A DNA stretch of 64,000 bases from Chlorokybus atmophyticus (Eukaryota > Plantae > Mesostigma and Chlorokybus algae). Position 1 is the stretch's first letter; every line of letters starts with the position of its first letter. Where the stretch lies: positions 678,650-742,649 of the forward strand of contig RHPI01000193.1 in the NCBI GenBank assembly GCA_009103225.1, in the 5' to 3' direction. Under the pieces are notes generated by a model. It worked only from the letters and a program-made list of their open reading frames with translations, had not been told where the DNA came from and did not search any database. The position numbers and the translations under genes are program-made. Below, piece by piece: positions 1 to 11,954 of this stretch.

Positions 1-187
1 CATATCATAGGTACACACATTCACAAGGGTCAGGACTTGGGGCCGCCATGCATGCATCCATGCATGCATGAAGAAGAGTTGAAGCAGGCGCCAACACAAG
101 GACGAGGACCCAACACACACACGAACTCTTGTCTGTTCGGGACTTGTAACCATGCAACAGCCTGGGCGTGCTTCCTCTTTGAGAGAC

Positions 188-1297
188 ATGCATTCCAGGC
201 TATTTTCCCCTCTCCTCCTTCTCCTCTTCTTGCTGCTTCCCCTGCATGGCACCCTAGCCAAGGTGGCCGTCGTGGGCGACGATAGCTGGACTATCCAGGA
301 GGGCAGGCCGGACTACCAGGTAGAGAGTGTGTGTGCGCGCGTGTGCATTGATTGTGCATGCATGTTGGGGTGTGCTCTCGTTAGCTTAGGACGTATACAC
401 TGGGAAAACAAGATATACACGCAGCAGACGGCGCACACACACACACACACGCTGGCACGCTCTGCATGCTTTTACAGACACGCACAAGCACACGAACGCA
501 CGCACAATCACGTGTTCACCCCCCCCACCCCCACCGACACACAGCTACACCTGTAGCTACCTAACTGCGTCTCAGGAGTCTGTGCTGTGTTCCTGTCCAG
601 GCTTGGGCGGACATCAACGCACCGTTTGCGGCGGGCGACACGCTGGTCTTCAACTACCAACCGCCAGGTACGAGCGAGCAAGCGCGGCTTGTTGTGTTGA
701 GGCTGCACGCCGTTGGCTCAACCTAACTTTTCATGCAAGGCAATGGCAATGACTTCGAAGTTGACAACATGTCTGCACGCGTGTGTGTTCAGGTGTTAAT
801 TACACGGTGTTTCTTGCGCGTAGCAACGCTACCGTCGCGCAGTTCTGCGCATTGAATGGCTTCCTCTTAGCAGGCAAGGCTAGCACTACTAATCACTACT
901 CACTGCTGCCCCTGTTTCTTCATGAGTTTTTCTCACTCACTTCCTCATGTCTGATGTTTGTTGTTTTCAATTGATACACACGCAGGGTCGCAAGCCACGG
1001 CCCCCTTCCAGTTCAACTGGACCGTGCCTTCCGATGGCCAGTTCAACGTCACCTCCATCATACAGGGTACGTGACACTGCTATGCAGACACACACACCTT
1101 GTCCAGCAACAATACTACATTTTTACAACAAACACACGTGCACACAAGATGCACACCTAATCGGTTTTATGTATAGTACCTGTGTCTAGCAGATGAAATG
1201 CTTATGTCTAGCAGGTACATGCGCATGATATGCACACATACCGTGTCTGAATTTGTCTAGCAGATACACACATACTTCACAAGCGCACGCACACATA

Positions 1298-1338
<41 letters not shown>

Positions 1339-3482
1339 CCACACAGGCCAGTGCCTCTCCGGCCTCCGCTTCTTTTTCGTGGCCCTCCCCGCCCCCGCCC
1401 CCGCCGCCGCTCCCGCCCCGGGCCCAGTCCCCCTTGCCCCTCCTCCTGTCCCCCCAGGACCTGTCCCAACTCCAGGACCAGCTCCCACTCCTGGACCTGG
1501 CCCAGCTCCTCCTGGTGCTGCTCCTGAACTTGGTCCTCCTGGACTGGCCCCAACTGCCGGTCCTGCTCCTGTACTCGGTCCTGTTGCAGGTCCTGTGCCA
1601 GGGTTTGGTCTTGTCCCCCCGAGTCCTGGACCTGGTCCTGTGCTCGAGCCGAGTCCTGCGCCAGCTCCTGCGCCGGTGCCGCCCGTGCTCGCGGCTCCAG
1701 GGGGACGAAGTGAGTGGTGGTAGTGTGTTGGTGATGTTATTGAGGAGCTTTTCTGCTTATGTGTGTTTGGTGAATGTGTGCGTGGCTGCTTGTGTGCAGG
1801 CTGCAATGTGACGCAGGGCTTCTTTCTGCCGGATGGGACGGGACCGCTGCAAGTCACTTTCGGGTTCAATACAGCGGGTACGTTACTTGTAGTAACCCTG
1901 CATTTGCACGCGCACACACAGACGCATGCTTACATGCAGACACGCCCAAACACGCACACTTGCATATACTCGCAAGCGCACATGTACACTCCCGCGCATC
2001 GTACGCATGCGTTTGCACAGCAACACCCACTCACCTACCCACCCACCCCGCCTCTGACAGACAACGGCACCAACCTCACCTACACGGTCTCTCGCCCTCC
2101 CTCCTCCCTCTTCCCCCTCCAGTTCTTCAAGGTCGAGGTGGACGACTTGCTCCCCGTCAACACCTCCCTCATCACCTGGGGCCCCATGACCAACCCCAAC
2201 AACAGCGTCAACGTGCTCCTCATCAACGGCAGCAACTTCTTCCAGTGGAACTTCGGCTTCGCATCAGAGATGGATGATACAACAATAGAGTATTCGGTAC
2301 TCTTGCCGGATGATAGGAGCCTGCTGCTGGCGCCGGTGGGAGTGGCGGTGCAGACCAATACCTCGCAAACGGCCGAGACGCTGTTTAATGGGAGCGTATG
2401 TGGGTTTGCACCATTCCCGGAGTTCCTGTTTGCGCCCCCGAGCCTGGGACCCGGTGTGGGTCCTAGCCTGGGTCCCAGCCCGGGACCCAGCTTGGGGCCA
2501 AGTCTGGGCCCCGGCCCGGGACCTGGACCTAGCTTAGGGCCTGGTTTGGGACCCAGCCTGGGGCCGGGACCTAGTCCTGCGGGTGCGCCTGGTGTGGAAG
2601 GTCCCCTTGCTGGTCCCGGGCCTGCACCGGGACCGGGATCGGGATCGGGATTGGGACCTGCACCTGGACCATCTGTACCAAGTGAGTGAGACACTTAAAC
2701 CTATATACACGTGTGTGTATGCGTGTCTGCGTGAGTGCGTGTACGCTCATATTGGCGCTCTCTCTGCGTGCGTGTGTGTGTGTGTGTGTGTGTGTGTCAC
2801 AGGTTGTGACTTCAACGTCATGCTGTTGGGCCCGAACATATCGGACTTTACCGTATCATTCATGCCTGAGGTGCTGACCAACACCAGCAACGCCACGTAC
2901 ACGGTCTCGCGCAACACTAGCAGCCCATTCCCGCTAAACATCGCCTTCTTCAAGGTGATGTTGTGTCAAGTTGTAAAGATATGGACTGGTATCGTACATG
3001 ACACACACATGATGGCTTCAGGTTGAGGTGGATGATGTGTTCCCCACACCGGTGAACTTATCGACCTTCCCGTGGGGTCCGAAAAGCAACGGCATCAGCA
3101 ACAATACGGCCAACTACCTGCTCATCAATGGCACGAACTTCTTTCAGGTGACTGCACTGTGCGAGCTGACACACAAACACACACACACACACACGCGCGC
3201 GCGCGTGCACACGCACACACTCTATGCAGTGGAACTTTGGTTTCAACACCACCACCGACAACCAAACCACCTTCTTCGTGGAGCTTCCTGAGACCAACCT
3301 GAGCATCATCAACAGGCAACTGCAGGTGTGTGCATATATGTGTGTTTGCCGCTGTGTCACCCCACTCAACTCCCTTCACTCACTGCCATCTGATACATAA
3401 TGTATTGTGTCTGCAGGTCCAAACTGCTGTGATAAACGGAACACTCATCAACGGGACCATATGCGGGTTCGGCCCGCCGTGA
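188..3482 (+). CDS. Secreted phytocyanin-like (Cu-ligand-less, ENODL-type) chimeric arabinogalactan-like protein with two repeats of an unassigned ~140-aa domain; 11 exons, ~620 aa
   Basis: Exons 188-319, 601-667, 793-873, 986-1066, 1347-1709, 1800-1877, 2061-2681, 2803-2954, 3022-3147, 3230-3325, 3417-3482 splice in frame (1863 nt). Signal peptide MHSRLFSPLLLLLFLLLPLHGTLA; plastocyanin-like motifs VVGDDSW, W..INAPFAAGDTLVFNY, GQCLSGLRF; AP/GP-rich linkers. An upstream in-frame ATG at 152 is an alternative start. Confidence 0.85.
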
Positions 3483-3975
3483 CGAGCAGATTGTGTAGCC
3501 TTTGGCCCAATGTGTTGTTAATCTTGTAAGTACAGTGCAGTGAATAAATAGGAACAGGGATGGGGACCTCACACACACTTTGTAAGATATGGACTTGAAT
3601 GTTGTTGGGCTGTGCTCTCTCTGTTTGCGTTGTGTGTTGTTTCCTGGTGATGTTAGTTTCATTGCCTGTTGCTTGCTGTGCTGTCTCTCTTTTGCTGAAT
3701 TCCCCTTAGAATTGACCAGTATACTCCACATGTGCGTGTACACATATGTCAACATAGCGATTTTCATGCACATATACAGATGCGTTTGTGTATTTGTCAA
3801 TGTCCAGAAAGTAAAACCCTTCCTACTGTTGCCTCCGCCGCGCCACGAATGGCACCCCGAGCCTCTGCGAGTAACTCGCCAACATCTTCTCATACTCTGC
3901 ACACACATACACATACACATCTCGTGAGTGTCTGTTGGTATGATGGTGCGGGACGGTACCCAGACTTGACCATCA

Positions 3976-6900
3976 TCCAATCAACTGAGACCTTGTATAC
4001 AAACACACTGCAGTTGACTGTGTGCGTATGTGCGTGCGCACACGCGCGCGTGCGTGTACATTGTGTCCACGTGTATATTGTGTCGCGGTTGCACACTGCT
4101 GTGCGTGCATGCATGTCACAGCCATATACACGACTGCACTACCCCACACGCATTCTCCTCACCTTTACAGGCCCTCTTCAGTTCGCCATGTTCCCCCTTC
4201 ATCTCCTCGATCTCCTCGAAAAACGCCGGGTCCAGGGCCGCGAGGTCCTTCTCAAGCTGCCCGTTGCGTGCACGCAAAGAACGCACCTCCTCCACCATGG
4301 AGGACCACTCGCGCGACAATTGATGGGCGTTCAACGGAGGAGTGGACATGGACGAGTCTCTTGAGGTTTGTACAGGGGATGACTCGAGGTCGAAGAGACG
4401 CTTGCGAAGCCTTCTTAGCTGTGTGGAAGCAAGCAAAGCGAAATTGCGAGGCGTTGAGAAAGGTGTTAAGCTGTTTGACACAGACACACACGCACGCGCG
4501 CGCGCGCGTGTGCACACACTTTGGTACTACTTTGCGGACCAAGATGTAAATATGTGTGGTGCACGCACGCATGCACCGGGTACTTGCTTGATGTGTATCA
4601 TCATCTCACCTCTGCCACCATTGCGTCCCTCTCTCCTTCACCCTCATCGCCCTCCCTCTCCTCCTCTTCCCTATCCCGCCCCTCAAGCTCCCTCTCTCGC
4701 TCCTCCAACTCACGCTCTCGGGCCGACAGCGCCTCCCGCAGCTCATCTCCCTCATCACGCGCCGCATCTGCAAGGTGGAGTGTGAGAGTGTTGGTGTGTT
4801 GTTGGTTGGTGAAGTGTTGGGGTGTTGTGGTGTACCTTTGGTCTGGGCGAGGTCGGCGCGGGTGGACTGGAGCGCCTGCTCGAGCTTGGCGCAGGCGTGC
4901 TTGAGAGCTTCGTTGCTTGCGTGCTCCTGTCGTCACAACACATCAGCAACATGTATCAGTGAATCAGGTATTCAATCACCCCTTGTTGCAATACTCACTC
5001 TAGTGTGCGCACAACAAGGTGCGTGCGAGAGATCAAGTAGCACGTACCTGAGCCAGTCTCGCCCGCAGACGCTCGTATCGCTCTTGCGTTTGCGCGGCCT
5101 GACTCACGATGCTCTCACGGGTGGCATCGCGCCTTCGCAACCTCGACACCTATACAGCAAAACACGTTGAAGCCAACATATACAACAATACACAACATGC
5201 ACACATGCACGCGCACGCCAATACGCACTTATGCACACACACACGCAAATGCACACAAGGGCGGTTCCGTGTGCGCGCACGCGCGTGCACACGCACGTTC
5301 GGTCAACATACACAACTCTTCAAGTCTAATGTTGACTCAACAAAAATTAGTCAATCAACCAGACGATCAAACATTCAGTGTTTTACCTCGTCTTCCAGAG
5401 CTTCCACCTTCTGAAGCCTCAGCTGCTGACTCTTATTCACCGCGTGGGCGTTCTTGAGCTTGTCGATCTCTCCGCGCTGGGCGTTGATAACTGCGGCAGC
5501 ACCGACACAAAGAGAGTTAACAAACACATCATCGAATCATGTGTCATGTTCCAACTGAATCAAACCAACACACCTTCGTGTAGGCCTCGCAAGGAGCCAT
5601 CACTGTGTTGTGTGTCGTTGTGTTGGGAGGAGGAACCCAACATCTCTCCTGTTTGCACAGCGAACTCCTCCTCATCGCCAAAGTTGTCACCAACGTTGCC
5701 ACTCGCTGCCGCGCGCTCCCGCAGCGACATGTTGTGGCTGTCTTGTTGCTGTTGTTGTTGTTGTTGGTGGTGGTGGTGCTGCTGTTGCTGCTGCTGTTGA
5801 TGTTGATGTTGTTGTTGGCGTGTGGAAGCCAGCTGGCGCTCTAGAAGCTGCACGCAGTGCTCGGCGCGCACGCGCTTCTTGTCGCTCTCGGCAAGCTCCC
5901 CTCTCAACTGTGATGTATGTGTGTGTATGTGCGTGTGCGCGTGCATACACACACCATATTCCAACACGTTCACATACCTGTGAGAGTTGCTTTTGCAGGC
6001 CGTCAACCTGCCTCTGCACTCGCTTCTCCTGCGCCCACTTGCCAACGCTCTCCATGGCAGAAACCTCCTCCTCCTCATCACCTATCAACCACTCCATCAC
6101 GAATTCCACCCACCCACTCGCACATTCCACCCACCCACACACGCACGCACACTGCCCTCACCTGCATCAGTTGGTCCAACCGCATCACCACCCTCTTGCT
6201 CAGCCCCCAAAGACGAGGACTTCTTCTGGCTGCGTGCCATCAGCACCTGACCCAAGCGAACGTCAATAACTCTAACTCTTCGATGAGAATCGGATTGAAT
6301 CATGTTTTGGGTGATTGAGAGGGTGTGTGAGTGTTATCTCTCACACACCTTTATCCTCTTCTCTAGCTCTGGGACGCGCGGGTCCCCCTTAGCCTCGCGC
6401 CCGAGGCGCTCGAGCTCCTCTCGGGCCTTGGCCGCAGAGTCCCTACGATGTGGTGTGGGGTGAGTCAGGAAGGAAGCAACCTTTTACTTCTAGAGGTTGT
6501 TGCTTTGCAAAAACAGTGGAAGTGACTAGCATGAGCAGGAGAGGGTGCAGTAATGTGTAGTAGCAACAGTGGTAGTTGGAGTTGAAGTAGTAGTAGTTGA
6601 AGCAGTACAAGTAGTAGAAACAGAGTAGAAATAGGGTAGAAAACTGTTGTGATAGTTGAAGTAATAGCAGTAGTAGTTGTAGACGACGTAGAAGTAGTTG
6701 TAGGAGTAGAATGTAGCAGTTAAAGTAGTACTACAACAACTTTTACTTCTACTTCCATCAGATAATAAAGGTAGAACTATAAATAGTAGTAGTAGAAGTG
6801 GTAGTAGATGCAGTTCAAGTACTGACTTGCTTCACGTGCAAAAGGCCAGGACAACATTTATAGCCCACATCCAGCACGTAGGCAGGCACACCCGCACGCC

Positions 6901-9900
6901 AACGCACACGCGCACACGCACGTGCATGCACAAACTTACATGCAAACACATGCAAACACACTCTTACTTGGTCACACGTATCGACTTCCGTTCCCTCGCC
7001 AGTGCCGCCTGCGCCCGTCCGAGCGCTTCCCTTTGCGCATTGAATCCAACCTCTTTAGCTTGAAGCTCATCTCTCATCCTCTGTAACAAGATCATTATAA
7101 AGATGAGCGGTTATCCTTGACACAAGTGTATGTCACAAGTCCACTTGCTTGAAGCTCTTTGCGGGTGGTTGACAGCTCCATGTGCGCAGCGTCGAGCTGC
7201 TGAGACAGCGCGGGGACCTGAGCACGAAGCTGGTGGAGCTTGTCCTCCTGCGAGTTGTTGTTGTTGTTGTTGTTGCTGTTGTTACTGATTCTGTTGCTGT
7301 GGACAACACACAGCAAACAAACACACAAACACACACACACACACACAGCAAAGTGTATGCAACTCACCTGCATGTCATATATCATCGCATCGCTCGCTCG
7401 TATGGTACCGTCCACTTTGTCCTGCTCAAACCACTCAGCCTCAACACATGACACGCACGCACGCACGCACGCACGCACGCACACACGCACGCTCTCTCTC
7501 CTCTCTCACCTTGAGTGCGGAAGCGAGTCTTCCCTCCAGCTCCCGCACCGCGTCCCTCAGCAGCCGCAGCGTCCTCGCGCCGGCGCCGACGCTGGAGGAG
7601 GAGTGGGAGGACGACAGGGCCCTAAAAGCTGCTGGAAGGGCCTGAGAGGGAAGAGAGTGCGTGTGGGGGTGGGTACGTGATGATGGGTCACTATCACTAT
7701 CACTATCACTATCACTATCACTATCACTGTCACTGTCACTGTCACAGTCGCTTACCCTTTCGGACTGCGTGTGCGTAAGTATGTCCCGCAGCTGCCTCTC
7801 CCTCTCCTCCAGCGCACTCCTCAGCTCCCTCACAACAACATCATCCCTCTCCCCCTCCCCCTCAGCAGCTGTCGTTGTTACTGTTGTTGTGTTTGCTTTC
7901 ACCATCGCCCTCTCCCGCCACATAGCAGTCTGCTCCTCCTGCCTCCTCAAAGCCTCCACAAGCCTCTCCACACTCACATTATCTCTCTCATCCTTTTCAT
8001 CACCAGCTTCACCCACTCTATTCAACTCCTCTCTCAATCGCTCCCTCTCCCTCTCTCTCAACCCCTCAATCTCCTTCATCAAGTCCCTCACTCTCTCACT
8101 CTCACTGGTGTTGTTGTTGTCCAATCGCGAGGCCAACACGCCACGCAAGCGAGTGCACTCGGCGTCGGAGGCGGCTAAGGCAGATTTGAGACGGGTCATA
8201 GCGGCCTCGGCGGCGAGCTTGACCTGAGAAGAGTGTGTGAGTGCACACGCATGGGTGGGTAGTGTGGTTGTGTGCATGTGCGCCCGCATGTGAATGTTGG
8301 ACTTGTCAATATTGTAGTTGTTGGACTTCTCACCTGTTTGATCGCATTATCTGCTGCCGGTAGGCTCCCCTTCATCTCCTCCATCCTCTCCTTCATCTCA
8401 TCTCTCTCCTGTTTCACCCACCCCACGCCACCCCACCATCCTTCAGAACAAACCCCACATACACGTTGCCTATCTCCACCATCAAGCGTCTCAGTCTCAC
8501 CTGTCTGAGCGTGTCCGCTTCGATCTGCACGCATCGAACGCGATCGGAGGCGCTGGATAATTCAGAGCGAAGGGAGGAGGCGTCGGCCTGGGCGGTGCGG
8601 AGGTGGTGGGAATGGACCTGGATGGGAAGGGGTTGAAATGTTGGGGGCGGAGGTTGGTGATGGGGTATGGGAGGGGCGCATGCGAGTGCGTTGCATGTGT
8701 ATGGGCAAAGACACACGCACACGCACACGCACGCACAGCAATCTACCTCCGCTCGTGCGTTTGCCTCATCCGCCGCCCTCTTCTCCAAAGCGATCTCCCT
8801 CTCCAATTCCGCCACTCTCCTTGCATACCCTCTACTATTATCAACACGTTGTTGTTCCCTCCTCTCCCTCTCCCTCTCTCTCTCCCTCTCCCTCTCCCTC
8901 TCTCCTTCCCTCCTCTCAACATCTCTCCTCTCACGCTCCCTCTCCCTTCTCTCTGTTTGTACAGACCTTTGCAGCTCCTCAAGCTGCTCTTCCAAGGAAG
9001 CACATTGCTCGCGCCAGTGGCTCACCTGAACAAAAGGTGTGTGTGGGTGTGCGTGTGCATGGGTGGGTGGTTATGTGTGTGTGTGTGTGTTGATAGTGAG
9101 GCTTACCTCCACAGCACTTGTCTGGGGTTCAGCTGCTGATATCTGCATCTTTAAGACTTGCTCTCTTAGCGCCACAGCCTTCTTCACAGCATCCGCAGCC
9201 GACCCTGAGATTGACACATCAGCACACCGTAAACAAAAAACACACAGTCTCACACACATGGAAAGAATACCAACTCTCTCTTTATGATACATAGACCACC
9301 CGCTTGCCTGCGAGTATCGCCCGCACATCGGCGATATACTGCCTCATGAGCTCGCTATCCTCGCCATCTCCCCCCATCGCCCTCTCCTCCTTCCTCGCCA
9401 GCGACGCCTGCATGACACACATGTGACTACTACTACTGTCTTGTCTATGCTTTTCTATCTCATATCTTTCTCCCTTACGTGCATCCGGTCGAGTGTGGTT
9501 CTACCCAGCAAGGCTTCGATATCGCTCTCGAGGGCGTCCAGCACCGCGCGGACGGGCTTGGGGGACGACATGGTCATGGTTGGGGCCGTGAACTTGCCGG
9601 TCTGGCCGGCCTCGATGTCGAGACGGGCCAAGACCTGTGTGATATGGAGTTCAAGCACATCAGTATGTGTATGTTGGGATGGGATTACGATGCGTGTGTG
9701 TCTGTGTGTGCGAGTAGTGCAACGTGTCTCTCTCTCTGCACACCCACGCACACCCATGTGCACGCGCGCTGTGAGACAGCGACTACTACTCACATCGCTC
9801 TTCAATCCATCCAGCACTTTATCCCTCATCGTCCTCTCCGCCTCCATGGTCTTGCTGAGGTTGATATCCGTACGGAGATTGATATCCGCCTCATCCTCCC

Positions 9901-10877
9901 CTCCATGCGTCCTATACTTGAATCCCACATCGTTCTCGCGGAGCCAACGCTCGCGCTCGGCTGCGAGCTGAAGCACCCGCGCCAGCTTGAGCAAGTCGTG
10001 GTTGTTGTTGTTGTTGTTGTTGTTGATGCTGGGTGAGGTGGAGGACGGGAGGGAGGAGGGGAGGTGAGAGGGGAGGAGGGAGCGGGTGAGGGCGTCGAGG
10101 GAGGCGAGGGAGCGGGGGGTCGGGGACTGTGTGGGTGGGAGGGAGAGAGTGAGTGAGTGGGGTAAGAGTGCGCGCGTGCATGCAAGCGTGAATGTAAGTG
10201 TGTCTGCGCATGTGTATATGAGAGCGACTAACGCTGATAACTTTGTATACAAACTCACAGGCGTGCGCGCATGCGGGGGCATGTTTGATCACACTTGACG
10301 AGCGCATATAATTCCGCATAACTGCATACCGTCATCTTCAATGCATGTGTTTGTGTGTGCCAGTGGAATGCATGCGTGACGACGTGCGATCAAGTGACAC
10401 TCATGATTGTCATACCACCCAATCGACACCACAGCAACCTTATGGATGTGAGTGATTGAGCGGGTGCTCCATCTCATCTCAATGCACACGTGTTTGTATA
10501 GGCACTTTATCCCGTTTGCTAGATGGCATGCTTAAGCGAGCTGTGTCGAAAAGCTCTAATGTGCACATGATGTGCGTGAAGTGCTGTGCTGTGCTCACAA
10601 AATGATGGTTGGCATGATATGTAACTTGTTGGGTTGCCGACACTTGATCTGACACTGATTTGCACGATATTTCGAATCACACACACTACGTTCACCATCA
10701 CGCACGCATGTGAACACACACAATTCATCTCACCTCCTGCAGGGCGTCCACATCCACCGCCCGCACCATTCGCCAGTCCACCCTCGCCACCTTGGGGCAG
10801 AACCTGAACCCCGTCATCGCGGTCACCGTCCCCATCCCTCCAACCCCACCGGTCTCGCCGCCCCTGTCCCTACCCAT
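3976..10877 (-). CDS. CEP290: CEP290-like ciliary transition-zone coiled-coil protein, >20 exons, with DZIP1-like N-terminal motif
   Basis: Spliced exons are E/R/K-rich coiled coil. LEKDLAALDPAFFEEIEEMK (~4200-4260) resembles the CEP290 C-terminal ELENFDPSFFEEIEDLK; KWAQEKRVQRQVDGLQKQL (~5980-6045) resembles CEP290 RWEEGKKWQAKIEGIRNKL (both from recalled sequence). First exon 10877-10733. The 3' end is uncertain by ~100-200 nt. Confidence 0.7.
6545..6820. repeat. Degenerate (AGT)n-like low-complexity tract inside a CEP290-like intron
   Basis: Runs such as agtagtagtagaagtggtagtagatg throughout the interval. Confidence 0.75.
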
Positions 10878-11954
10878 GACGACCACACGCACCCCACTGA
10901 CTCACACCACCACCCACACCACCGCCGCGGCTGCGGCCGCCGCCAGGCCGCCAGGCGTTTTCTATATTTAGCGCACGCACGTGCTGCATCGGTACGGTAC
11001 CAGCACAGGTGCGCCGGGTTCGGTACTCGTACTGCTCTCAACCTGGGACCCCAAGTTGGGGTCCCACCCCTACTGCTGGTAATAATAATTCATGAGTCAT
11101 GAGTCATGTATCCTGCGCGGTATTCATGACTGGTATGACTGTAACAAGCATCATGAATGTTACCGTTTTGTTGCCGCGTATCGTGCGCGCCGGATGTAGC
11201 GCGCTGACGCATCTCCCCTCTACCGCGTCGATAAATACGGATATATATACGGAAATCGTCAAACCCGCGGCTGTCATGATTCAACAGGAGAGTGTGCGTA
11301 ACACCCTACCAACGTTAGAAACAACCTTTGTTGGGGTCAGTCCCATGTGCTGTTCCCCAAGTTTGGGGACCCGATCTGGACACGTGGTGGGCTCCGCCAT
11401 TATACTCTGCCTGTTGTTGTGTTGTGGGCTAGGCTGCTATCATGCCTATCAGATCAGTGCAGCAAGCGTGTGTGTGACTTAGCTTGTCAGCGAGCTCCTG
11501 TTATTTACACTTCTCGCTGCTTGCTGTAGCACTGTAGTTGTGTGACCTTTTCTCTTGTGGTTTGGTGTGTTGTGTGTGCTTGCGCCTGTGTGATTGTGTG
11601 CGGGTGCGTGATACTAGTTGGTGTATCTGCGAGAGGGGCGACTGAAGCGAAGCCAAGGGGAGGAACATTAGCGGCTGTGTGCATGCGTGCATGCAACTAG
11701 CTTGTTTGGGCCAAGCAAAGGAAGGCAAGTTAAGGAGGAGCAGGGAGGACCTGTGGAGCGTGGTGTTGTTGTTCTGGGTTTGACTTGGACTTGCCCTGAG
11801 AACTGGTAAGTGACAGTTTCACAACAGTTGTCTCCCACTTCATCATCATCTCAACAACACACATCCACCCATCCACACCCAAGCCCACCCATCCACCCCA
11901 CCCACACCCTTCGACATGTGCAGAGAGTCACACATAACCGCGCAATCCAACACA

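Noticed and set aside
1186-2694. Gly-rich minus-strand ORFs (243 and 204 aa)
   Set aside because: Antisense shadows of the Pro-rich exons of the phytocyanin-like gene.
7690-7745. (GATAGT)n as a separate feature
   Set aside because: It is a coding microsatellite giving the DS repeat within a CEP290-like exon.
11040-11375. MITE between the CEP290-like and aquaporin starts (gggacccc/ggggtccc palindromes)
   Set aside because: Only short local palindromes; no matching TIR pair with a TSD could be defined.
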